Source: the human T2T-CHM13v2.0 reference genome, Homo sapiens
Direction: 5' to 3' (one strand)
Assembly: GCF_009914755.1 (NCBI RefSeq)
Contig: NC_060939.1
DNA length: 64,000 nucleotides
Positions 52,690 through 64,000 of the stretch are shown here, in pieces. The translations under genes and the position numbers were made by a program. Numbering within the stretch: the stretch's first letter is position 1; every line of letters begins with the position of its first letter. The notes beneath the pieces were generated by a model. That model worked only from the letters and a program-made list of their open reading frames with translations, was not told where the DNA came from and did no database searches.

Positions 52690-53205
52690 TGTTTATTTGT
52701 TTTTAAACGCCTGGGCCTTGCACAGGACCCAGTGTCAGGATTTTTTAAACAGATATTTATATAATTATTAAATAACACTCAGGAAATTATGAGTAAAAGT
52801 GGCATAATCATCAAACACTTAATAATTTCTTTTTTCCCCAGAAATATATATTATTTGAAACACATTAACATTTATTTTAGTCAAGCTTTCTGTCTTCTGG
52901 GCTGAATGAAGACTATGCCTTAATCTTTACAGGTAGAAGATAAAATCTGACCAAAATAGCCCTTAGAGATATCTGAGGACAATCAGGATATGAGCACTGT
53001 TGTTTATTGGTGAGCATGACAATGGAATTTGCCATATAAAAGAATGAATCTTTCGAAAGCACATGCTTTCTAGAAGTGGTAAGATTGAAGATATTCCTTT
53101 GTATCTTACTGATGCAAGACAGGGAATAATATAATCCTTGATGCCAGAGCTCTAAGTAATTCTTGCTTCCAGAATCTTTGGCTTGTAAGATTTGGAAGAC
53201 CATAA

Positions 53206-53270
53206 GCAAGCAAGCCAGCAAGCAAGCAAAAAAATAAATAAATAAATAAATTAATTAATTAATTAATTAA
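53206..53270. repeat. Compound (AGCA)n(AAAT)n(TAAT)n microsatellite
   Basis: Directly visible. Confidence 0.9.
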
Positions 53271-55941
53271 AGTTGTGAATGCAAAAATAGGTGAATAAAA
53301 TGAATATTTATTTCAAAAAACTATGAATATTAAAAACCTGAGAAATAGCACATATGTTATAAAATAAAAAAATAATTTTATCTTTGGCAAATTTCTATAG
53401 TATGATTTTTCTTCATTTTTGGCAGAATTAAAAAAATTTTATATGGTAGCCATTTTATAATATTATATTTCTGCAGATAAAATAGAGAAATAATTTGTAC
53501 TTTCCTTTAACATGTTTGCTCAATAATTGCTTTGCATGGCTTAGAGATATTCTTTCAGATTTACAGAAAGAATATCTTTGGTCATGTCATGTAATTTTCA
53601 GGAATGTTGTCAAAATGAGAAAAATTATACCAAGTTTATGTCATATATGTTTTGTCACCGATATTCCCATAACAGCCCTGCTATGGGTCAATGTTCTACC
53701 AACACAAGGATTCTGGTACATTTCATTTTGTGGAAATCTTCAAAAAAAGAAAAATAATCGTTCCTGCATTGATAATCCTATACACAGTATTATCAATTAT
53801 ATAACTGACAAGATAGAAATATTGTTCTGAGTACGCATTAATAAGAAAAAATCTTCTACTTATAGTTGTGTTTACTGATGAGAAGAATTTTTCATAGAGT
53901 AACTTCTAGCTTTGTACGCTTCAAACTGCATGCCCTTGCTGTAGCCACATATTTTAGATGGCATAGGGCATGTTTATACCAACACAGGCCTCTGGACTGA
54001 TCTTGGTGTCACAAAGCTGGGCAAATTGACAAAATAGGGAGTGGAAGTACTCTTGGAAGTCTTCCCTATACCAGAACAACTAAACCTAGACGAAGAGGTA
54101 GCTGTAAAGTACCTCTCTATTCATTTAGACACAATCTAAATGAAACTGTAATTCAACTTTCCTTTAATGAGATGCTCAAAATGACCAAGGCCACCTCAGT
54201 GTTTCAACAGCTATGGAGAAATATAATGGAGGGAAGAATGTGTGTACTGAAAAGTGATTTAGTATCTTTAGTAAATATTATGAAAATTATGGCCACATTG
54301 ACACTGTGCTGATCTCTTCGGAGGCTTGGGAGAGCCTTGTATATGAATGATTCTGAAGTCTGTTTCTTTCTTTCCATAGTAAATCCACCTCTGCTTGCTT
54401 TATGTCTTTTTGTGCCAATGAGTTTCCAGTCTCTTTAGGGAAACCAAGGTGGCACCCAGTATATGCCCATTAAATTAGGTTGAATAAATAATACAGTTAA
54501 TTAGCTAATGAATTAAGCATTTCATGGTTTTCATGAAATCAAGGTTTAATTATTGTGATCACATTCAGCAAGGTTGATACTGTTCCTCTATGTGCTCTTA
54601 AAGAAAGGTTAATAAAAATGTTTTTCCCATTGCTCTTCAAAATAATTTTTAAAAAGTTATTAGAATCACACATAAAAATGTGATTATCTCACCATAAGGC
54701 TCTGGATATCAACGTGTTTCCCCATTTTGCTCAGAACAATAAGAAAAGGCGAGAAAGAGAACTGAGTTTTATTTTCTTTGTCTTTATTTATCACTTATCT
54801 CACTCATCATTCTGTACTCATGTCCATATATGAGCTCTCTTCCAAATAGGAAAACAGCAAAGAGAAAGAACACTGATGGTGGCAGCAGATGTGATTTAAT
54901 CTAAACTCTCACCACAGTCCTGCATTTCAGTGGATACCCACAGCACATCTTGTGCAGAGCCTTGCCTGTTAGGTTGGAATCAGCTCTGTGTGTTTTACCC
55001 ATTTCTTCAACTTAACTCCATGTTGAGCCCATAAGCCTCCCTACATGGATGTTTGATCAAAGCTCTTACTTTCTAGGGAACAGAATGACTCCCACTGGGG
55101 TATACTAGCTACAAAAATTGCTGCTAAATTACCACCATTTTCACCAAATCACCTTCCAGACACCATCTCTCCAGTCTGCCACCTAGAGAAGATATTAAGC
55201 AAGAAAGCAAACTTGCATCAATGCGTCTCATTGGGGGCCAAATCTCCAGGCCTGAGGCGGTGAACTGAATTCATCTTCTGTGGAGTCTGGAGACCTGGAA
55301 GGCATTGCTTTGAAGGCAGCCGATATCATAAATCCAGGCTTGTTTAGTGTAAAAATGCTGTCCCCTGTAGGGAATGTGAACGATTCTGTCAAATGTGATC
55401 GTATCTATCAAGTGTCTCAAATTATGCTTATAATTTTTTGGTGCTTTTTAAAAGTATAATTACTATCTTAAACATTTTAAAATTTATGATATTCGAGGAT
55501 GGAAGCTTATTTTGTGGGTTTAACTGTAATCAACCAATTTGACTCTGAAGCCAACCTATAAACTTAAAAACTTAGGAAAACTCTTAATAACCTTCAGAAT
55601 TTATATGCCCATATTACAGAATATTGAATATCTGAATATAAACTAGGACCCCTTTGCAAAAATTAATTAAAATGAGACCAATTTGGGAGATCAATTTTGT
55701 AGCTCACATGTGGAAGTTTTGTTTTAGTAATCAGTAATGTTCAAATATTAATTGATTGCATGTCTTATTTTGTATTAGCAGATTAGTGACTATGGTCTTT
55801 GCATGCACCAATGCTATATTATAAAAGCATACCTACTTACATATTATTCTATATATATAAATATATAGCATGTTTAGGACATGAAAGACAAAGATAGAAA
55901 TGTGACCCTCTGTGGCCATTTTAATAGTAACAGTTCTCTAA

Positions 55942-56253
<312 letters not shown>

Positions 56254-56289
56254 TAAGGCTGTAAGTTTCTTAAAAGAGAACATGGAAAA

Positions 56290-56490
56290 TGACAGTTTTA
56301 GGCACTAGATAAGATGTGGCTTCCAATGGAACCATGCTACTTCCTCACTAAGGACGTTATTTGAATGGCTCTGAGACCCTCAACTTTAACATGGAATAAT
56401 ACATCCTTCACTAGGCCGTTAGGAAAATTAGATAAGAATGTACACAAAGTGGCATGCACAGCATTTGGCAATAAAGAGTTCTCACCAATT
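56290..56490 (+). mobile_element. MIR SINE (degenerate)
   Basis: atggaataat...gttaggaaaattagataagaatgtacacaaagtg...cacagcatttggca. Confidence 0.55.
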
Positions 56491-57034
56491 TTGGCTTCTA
56501 TCTCCATAGCTTTGTGACATTGGTTTCTTAAGAAGGACTGCTTTAATGTATTTTACTCAATCACTATGAATATTACATGTACATTTGTTACTTTCAAATC
56601 TTAAAGGAGGAGACCTGGTTTTGCTTCCAACCTGCAGGTATGCAGACACACATATGCAGACTTCAGAACTCCTCCCTGTTCCTAGTGATTCGCTTTCTTA
56701 TGTTGATTCATTCTTACTTCAGATATCTACTTCAAACATTTAAAATAAATTTGTTTGGGTTTCCTAATTGTATTTGAAACAAAAGAAAAACACAACTCTG
56801 ATGAGCTTATAGTCAGTAACATAAATAGAATTCAAGGACCATATGTAGTTTAATAAATGGAAAATTCCCCTCTCACATGCCTTAATTAGAAACATTTGTT
56901 ATATAACAAAAAGACATTCATAGCTTTCCCAATAGGAAAATATTACATGGAGGTGATAAATAACTTATTAGCTATGTTTGCAACTCTCAGTCTTTAAGCT
57001 CCTATAAGTTGAAGCCAAGGATATTGATGTCGGG

Positions 57035-57270
57035 GAAAGAATAGTGGTTAAGAGCCTAAGCTTTAGAGTCCAGATGCCTTGCTCTCTCACTCACAACCTG
57101 TTTGACTTTGAGAAAGTTTAGGTAACTTCTCTGTCTCAGTTTCTTCTTCCCTTAAAGAGAATAATAATAGCACTACCATTCAAGGTTGTTTGAAGATTAA
57201 ATGATACGTTGATGTAAAGAGCTTAGAATAGGGGTTGGCTAAGGGAAAGTTACCAGTTCTCCAAGTTATT
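57035..57270 (+). mobile_element. MIR SINE
   Basis: agtggttaagagc...aacttctctgtctcagtttc...ataataatag...ggttgtttgaagattaaatga...gtaaagagcttagaa. Confidence 0.85.
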
Positions 57271-57423
57271 ACTATACCGCTCCATGTAAAATAAAATTAA
57301 TCCTATCTCTTCAATACCAGCATTCAGACAAACCAGCAAACAAAATAGGCTCAATCATTCAGAGTCTAAGATTTTACTCTTCATGATCTCGTTGTGTTAG
57401 AATAAGTATGTTGGTTTATTCTG

Positions 57424-57504
57424 TTAGGTTGGTGCAAGTGTAATTGTGATCTTTTCCCTTACTTTCAATGCCAAAAATCACAGTTACTTTTGCATCAACC
57501 ATAA
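57424..57504. mobile_element. MADE1 (Hsmar1 MITE), full but diverged copy
   Basis: ttaggttggtgcaagtgtaattgtg...ttactttcaatgccaaaaatcacagttacttttgcatcaacc. Confidence 0.88.
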
Positions 57505-58423
57505 TTCAAGAAAAGAAAGCAGTTGGTAGAACAAAAGATAATTTAAAACTCTTAAAATTTTAGGTGAGAAAATGTAACTCTAATTTACTGAGAAATGTTA
57601 AAGGGCAATACTAACTTAGATTATTAAATAAGTGTTTAACTATGATTTAGATTTAATAAAACAATTATGTACATTAACTTATAATTGATCATTATTAAAC
57701 GTATAATTAGTGAGATCAAATAACCAAGGAAAAAATAAGTCTATCTATATCGTTCACTCTCAATATGTAAGATTCTAGTAATCATTGGAACATAATATAA
57801 TTATGAAGTTATAAATATAAATTAGATTACTTTGTAAGATGGATTTAAAATCCTTGAGCATTTTATTTAATTACTATAAATTTGATTATGGATAAATAGC
57901 TAAACTATAATATGGTATTTGAGAGTTAAGCTTTTCTGACTAAAACCTTGCATGCTAATCTCAAGCTGTTCACTTTTATAATGATTGAGCAGCTGATCAC
58001 CAAATTTAGAGGCTAAGATAAAAATATAAATAATAGATTATGGCTAAGTTTGAGTTTACATCAAAAAAGGTAAAAAAAAACTTGGAAAGATAAGATTCAT
58101 TAAGAGATTGAAATACTGTTAGGAAGTTAAACTATTTTTTATTTTTATGAATGCTCCTGGTGTATTGCTCCCTTAGATATGAACAACCTCCTCATTATAA
58201 TTAAATGGGTGATACTGTGTCACAGTCAGGCCTATAAATAAGCAGCATGATCGATGCTGCAACCCACACCATAGCAAATGCTAAAACAATCTTATATCTC
58301 CTGATCATCAGGGAGCTCCAAAAATATATGCACTTTCCTCTTTGGTACTGAAATTCGCATTTCTTAGTGCTCAAAGAGAACTTTTTAAGAAACAATAATT
58401 AAGCAGAAAACATCACATCAATT

Positions 58424-58769
58424 TGAGTCATTTTTATTTCAAACATTGGATGTTTTTCATACATAAGAAGGAATTTAAAGTATGTTTTGAGTGAGTAATC
58501 TAATTCATGACTGAAACTAATAATCAGAATAGGAATAATATACTGGGAAAGGTCCCCCACTCCATGTAGTAAATCTGTCAGCTCCTCAAAAGGAGGTGAG
58601 TCAGTCCATTTCAGCCTGGAGGAGTGCTCACTCAGCTACACCAACCTTTGCAATGGCCTTCAGCTCCTGGCCACTCCTCAGGTGAGAGAAACTAGAGTGT
58701 TGGCATTTATTTCCATGATCCTTTGACTGGAGATGTAATAGTAACTGTTGTATTTGTTGCTGTGAGTCA
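58424..58769. promoter_or_regulatory. Putative AP-1 enhancer (three TGAGTCA sites)
   Basis: TGAGTCA at 58424, 58597 and 58763; TGAGTAA near 58492; kB-like GGGAAAGGTCCC at 58545-58556. Confidence 0.45.
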
Positions 58770-59674
58770 CAAAGCAACCATTTATTTTAAGCCCCCAGAA
58801 CAGTTATTGGTACATAAAATTAATTATTCATTTAAAAACAGTGACAATTATTTTGATGATTACCCCTTCCTTTAGCCTTCACATATTGAGAAGTGTTTAG
58901 TAAAATAACTGATATGGACGAGAAAGCAAAATCTACTTTTCCTACTCCTGATTTGTCAAGTTTAATAAGTTCTGTTACCCTCATCTTTAAGTACACCTTT
59001 CAAGGCAGCTGAGACTGGGTATGTTGGAACCACTTGTCTCATCTTTATACCCAGCATTACACATGAGTTGTAGAGTTTCTACTGTTGCCTGAAGCCTATC
59101 TTTAGCAGGAGGGGGTGATCACTCTGCACATTATTTTAATAACCAATGTTTGGGAAATACAAAGAACGAGACACTGTGTTTTCACCTTACTATGATATTT
59201 TGTTTTAATAGCAAATGTTTATTTTCCTATATACCACTATCATTAAGTTGTATCTGTTTTCTGAAATTTATATAAATAGGTTCATATGGTAAGTATTCTT
59301 TTTCATCTGACTTATTTTGCTCAATATTTATCTATTTCTAATGTTGCAGTATATTAATCACTACAATTTCGTAATGTCTTGCTATCTGGTAAAATACTTA
59401 TTATTCTTTATTACTGTCATGTCTACTTTTGTCTTTCATGTTTTCAACATAAACCTGCAAACACTGACTTTTGTTTTCCTTTTCTATACTGTAACTTAAC
59501 ATTGGGTAGAGCTTCCAGTGTGATGTTTAATAGATGCTCTGATCACAGCCATACTTGTTTTCCCCAGATTCCAGAGGGAAACTTTTAACATTTTATCATG
59601 AAGTATATTTGCTACAGGTTTTGTAGATACCATTGATCAGATTTAGAAAGAGCATAGTTGCCTAGATTGCCTTT

Positions 59675-59833
59675 TTATTTTCTTTAAGAGATAGAATCTT
59701 GCTCTGTCACCCAGCTGGAGTGCAGTGGCACGATCATAGGTCACTGTAACCTTTAACTCCTGGGCTCAAGTGATCCTCCTGCCTTGGACTCCCAAAGCAT
59801 TGGGATTACAGATAGGAGCCAATGCACCTGCCC
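59675..59833 (-). mobile_element. Chimeric Alu monomer (AluJ left-arm 5' half joined to right-arm 3' half)
   Basis: Minus strand reads ...TGTAATCCCAATGCTTTGGGAG...GAGCCCAGGAGTT..GGTTACAGTGACCTATGATCGTGCCACTGCACTCCAGC; TSD TAGATTGCCTTT on both sides. Confidence 0.85.
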
Positions 59834-60937
59834 TAGATTGCCTTTCTATTTCTAAATTGCCCATGGCTTTTATATTAAAAGAATCCTAAATTTTATCAAG
59901 AGCTTTTATCAGGGTGACTATACAATATGATTTATTTCTTTTTTTGTCTTGTCTGCATCAATTATATTGGACAGTTTTTAAATGTTAAATCAATCTTGCA
60001 TTGGATTCCCAGAATAAACTAAAGTTGATCTTCCTTATTTATCTTCTATGTATTGCTGGTTTCAATTTACTAATATTTCATTTTGCCATTGTGAATCCAG
60101 TTATATGATAGCTGAGTTGGAATTTTCCCCTTTTGAAATGTCTCTGTCAAGTTTAGAATCAAAGTTAAGGTAGTCTCATTAAATAAGTTAGAGAATATTT
60201 ACTCATTTTATTCTCTGGAAAATTACTGGCATTCTTTCTTTCCTTGAATGATTTCGTATAAGTGGAATTATTGCATCAAAACAGCACATACTTTAAATTG
60301 TGATAAATACTATCAGATCTCCATAGCTATTGTAAAAAGCTACTATCTGAAACTTGTCATTAGAATGCACATTTTCAATTGGATGGTAATACTTGACTAG
60401 TCTGTAATTGAACCATGATGTTTTAGTATTTTAACATGCATTTAAAAATTACTAGTCATACTAAAATTCTATTTTAAATCTATTAATCATCTGTGCATTT
60501 TATTTCTCATATTGCATACATGTTTCTGTTCATTTTTCTTGTGGGGGAAGCTTATTATTTATCGACTGATTAGTAAAATATATTTCTAAATTAGAATGAA
60601 TTGTTTTAATGCTATCATTTGTGGTGCAAATTTATTTTCCAGGTTTGTTTTTCTTAAATTTTAGTACTGATTACTTGAATACATAAAATGCAAACAAATT
60701 CTCTAAAGAAGAAAAATTGCATTTATCAACTAATCTATATTTCTTTCAGATGTTTTATAAACTGTTTTCATTGTGCATGAGATTCCCATAAATGATTGGC
60801 TTATTTCAGGGCCATGTGCTTTAGAGTATGTTAGTGGAAGTTTATTATCATTATTATCCCTTTTCAATATATTGTTGGATCTTTCCATTGTTTATTCATC
60901 TGAAAGAATGTTTTGTCAGGGTATCCAAATTCTGCCA

Positions 60938-61020
60938 GGTTGAGGCGGAAGGGTCTCTTGAGCCCAGGAGTTCAAATACAACCTGGGCAACATAGCAAGA
61001 ACCCGTCTCTTAAAAAAAAA
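60938..61020 (+). mobile_element. 5'-truncated FLAM / Alu left monomer
   Basis: cttgagcccaggagttcaa...cctgggcaacatagcaaga..ccgtctct followed by an A tail. Confidence 0.85.
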
Positions 61021-61499
61021 TTAGAATTGTAATGATAAAACTTGTAAATGTCACCTTTTTATTTTTTTGAACAAGTTCTTGTATTTACTATTGAATTTTA
61101 ATGAGTGAAGTTATTTTCTTTATTCTCTTAATTGAAATCTTCCTGTTCACCTTATGTTTCTTGTGAAGATATTTTCAAAGTTCTTTGAAAAGCTAAATAA
61201 TTAATTTCAAAGCTAAATAATTAATTCACATAAAATATTTCATAATAATATATTAAATATAATAAACTTATTTTGTGTATAGTTTTGTTTCTACATTTTT
61301 CAATTATTTTAGCCTGCTTTTTCTTACATTTGCAAATGTAGGCTTCATATCCTTTTGATTTGTTAGATATTTAGAAAATTTTCTGTATTTAAACATTTGA
61401 AAAGTTATAGTTTTTACTTTAGAAAAAAGTTAATAGTTTCTAGGGTTTTATTTTTAATGAGTTCATATAAATTCGCTGTATAAATTGTGCTTTGTGACC

Positions 61500-61660
61500 A
61501 TTTGGTTAAGAATGTGAGTTTTGGAATAGACAGATCTAAGTTTGATATCACTATAGAATTTATTAGTTACCAGACCCAGGAAAATAACTGATTTCTCCAG
61601 TCTCAGTATGTTTTATTTTCATCTGTAAAATATATAACAGAAGTAACACTCTCAAATGTT
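61500..61660 (+). mobile_element. MIR SINE
   Basis: tggttaagaatgtgagttttggaatagacagatct...tcatctgtaaaat. Confidence 0.75.
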
Positions 61661-61712
61661 ATATGCACCGTCTTGGATAACCCATTTAAACACGCATTGA
61701 GTAAACTGTTAG

Positions 61713-62075
<363 letters not shown>

Positions 62076-62189
62076 ATATTTCTTATATTTTGAATATATC
62101 TATGTTTTCTACGGTCTACTTTTGAAATACTGAAAAAAAATTTCCACATCTCCCACAATAAGTGTATTTCTATTCATTTTTCTTGTATT

Positions 62190-62501
62190 GCTTTTCTTTC
62201 CTTTTTTTTTTTTTTCTCACCCTATAGAGTCTCACTCTGTTGCCCTGGCTGGAGTACAGTGGTGACACCTTGGCTCACTGCAACGTCTGCCTCCCGGGTT
62301 CAAGCGATTCTCTTGTCTCAGCCTACCGAGTAGTTGGGATTACAGGTGCATGCCACCGTGCCTGGCTAATTTTTATATTTTAGTAGAGACGAGGTTATGC
62401 CATATTGGTCAGGCTGGCCTCGAACTCCTGACCTCAGGTGATCCACCCGCATCGGCCTCCCAAAGTGCTGAGATTACAGGCATGAGCCACCGCGCCCGGC
62501 C
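62190..62501 (-). mobile_element. AluS (Sx-like)
   Basis: Full dimer, ctgacctcaggtgatccaccc; imperfect TSD tttYcttgtatt. Confidence 0.95.
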
Positions 62502-64000
62502 TTTCCTTGTATTTCCGATAATGGATTACTAATATTTTTGCTCTGTGTTATGTCTCATATGAACATCTGCTGCTTTTATATCACCATGATGAACTATACC
62601 TTCTATATAAGTAGAAAATGACTTTTTTTCCTGCTTAATGGCTTCTGGTGAAATCATATTTGCAATAATGGCATGGCCTTATTTTTTGTTTGAATTTTCC
62701 TACCAAATCTTTGGTCCTTTTTTCCCCATTTTTCTTTTTTTCTTCTATTCTGTGCATGTCCTGTAAATAGCATTTAGTCGTGATTTGGTTTTTTTGTTTG
62801 CTTGTTTACTTATTTGTTTTGGATGATTTATCAGAAATTATCTTTGTAGCACTAATATTTAATTTTTACTCTTTGCAATATCATTTTAAGTTCTTTAAAT
62901 GTTTTATTATTGCACTTTTAGCTTAGCTTTCTAGTCACTGAGAGTCAGTTTATTTTTTGATTGATTTTGTTTGGACAATTTTATTCCACTTTTCTTTGAT
63001 ATCCTTCTTCCCCTGCTCCCCTCTGTGTCAGTATTTTTAAGCTAATCATCTTATTCTAAACTTGTTTATAATTACTTTTGAACTTTACAAAGATATTACT
63101 TAATTTTTATTTTTCTAAATATCGAAGTTTAAAATACATTCTCCTAATGAAAATGAGGAATCAAACATATCCTTATTCTCCCCACCAGCATTCTATGTGC
63201 TTGTAATTTTTCCTGGAAATATGTTCTTAGTTTTATTTACTGTTGCTCAATCATTTTATTCTTTACAAACATTTTAAGAGCATAATCTTTGATGTTAGAA
63301 TCTAATACTATAATCAAATTTAACTATCTAGAATTGCTATCAAAATTTGTTATATTTATATAAATTCAGTCCTTTTTATAGTGAATTTTATGTTCAATAT
63401 TTGTATTTATCTCTTCTTTGACTGGACTATATTCTTCAGGTAATATTGCGAACATTGCACAAGTTGTATATTTTCTTAGCTATTACATACTTGAAATTTA
63501 CAGTAGAAAAGTGGGCTATTTAGAAATATAGTATATCAAAACCGTTCCTCTTCATAAATGTATAGCATTTTCCAAATGTGTTTCGTCATTCAGTGCTGCA
63601 AAAAATGTCTGAGTCTAACCTATTTTGTGGTTATTAGTGGAGCTGTAAATCAGAGAATATTTTTCTTAACCATGTGACTGTAATTTTTCCTTTATAAATA
63701 ACATGTAATTTTCTTTTCATTGCATTTGGAAAGAGGATATGTCACTTAGATCGTATTTCTCTTTTGAGTGGCAAAGTGGTATCTGAAGACAGTTTTCCTC
63801 ACTATACCATGTTTTCATTTGCTGCTTCTGTTTCACTTTTCTGAGGGATGCCTAAAATTCTTAGATAGTTTTCCATTGTTCATTTCTTCATTCACATCTA
63901 TCTCTTTGTGTTTAGTTGTTTTGAAGGTTACCATCTGACAACATGTTTAAAGAAAGGTAGTGACAGGAGAAGTAAGCCACACTTTGGCTCTTGAAAAGCA

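Overview
This is AT-rich primate genomic DNA, human or a close catarrhine relative (AluY/AluS/AluJ, LTR12, L1PA and MADE1 are present). It is not prokaryotic. I find no intact protein-coding gene, RNA gene, CRISPR array or operon-like system. The ORF track is explained by random short ORFs and by decayed Alu, L1, LTR and Tigger sequence. Much of the window is interspersed repeat: L2/MIR relics, three large ancient L1M blocks, a near full-length Tigger1, a Tigger2a, three MADE1 MITEs, an LTR12 nested in an MLT1, an LTR41-like LTR and 11 Alu-family elements (10 on the minus strand, none in the first 29.7 kb). The most interesting non-repeat signals are: (i) a minus-strand splice acceptor at 20845-20846 with a ~90-nt pyrimidine tract and a ~140-nt AG-exclusion zone inside a CpG-retaining, repeat-poor block, suggesting an alternative (possibly terminal) exon of an unidentified host gene; (ii) a ~75-nt near-perfect hairpin at 42832-42906, close to a perfect 14-bp inverted repeat and a MADE1 hairpin; (iii) an NF-Y-rich LTR12 that could drive a transcript antisense to that exon; and (iv) a three-site AP-1 cluster. 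I could not identify the locus, and I cannot support a claim of a new biological system. Repeat subfamily names come from recalled consensus features, not from alignment, and boundaries of old elements are approximate.
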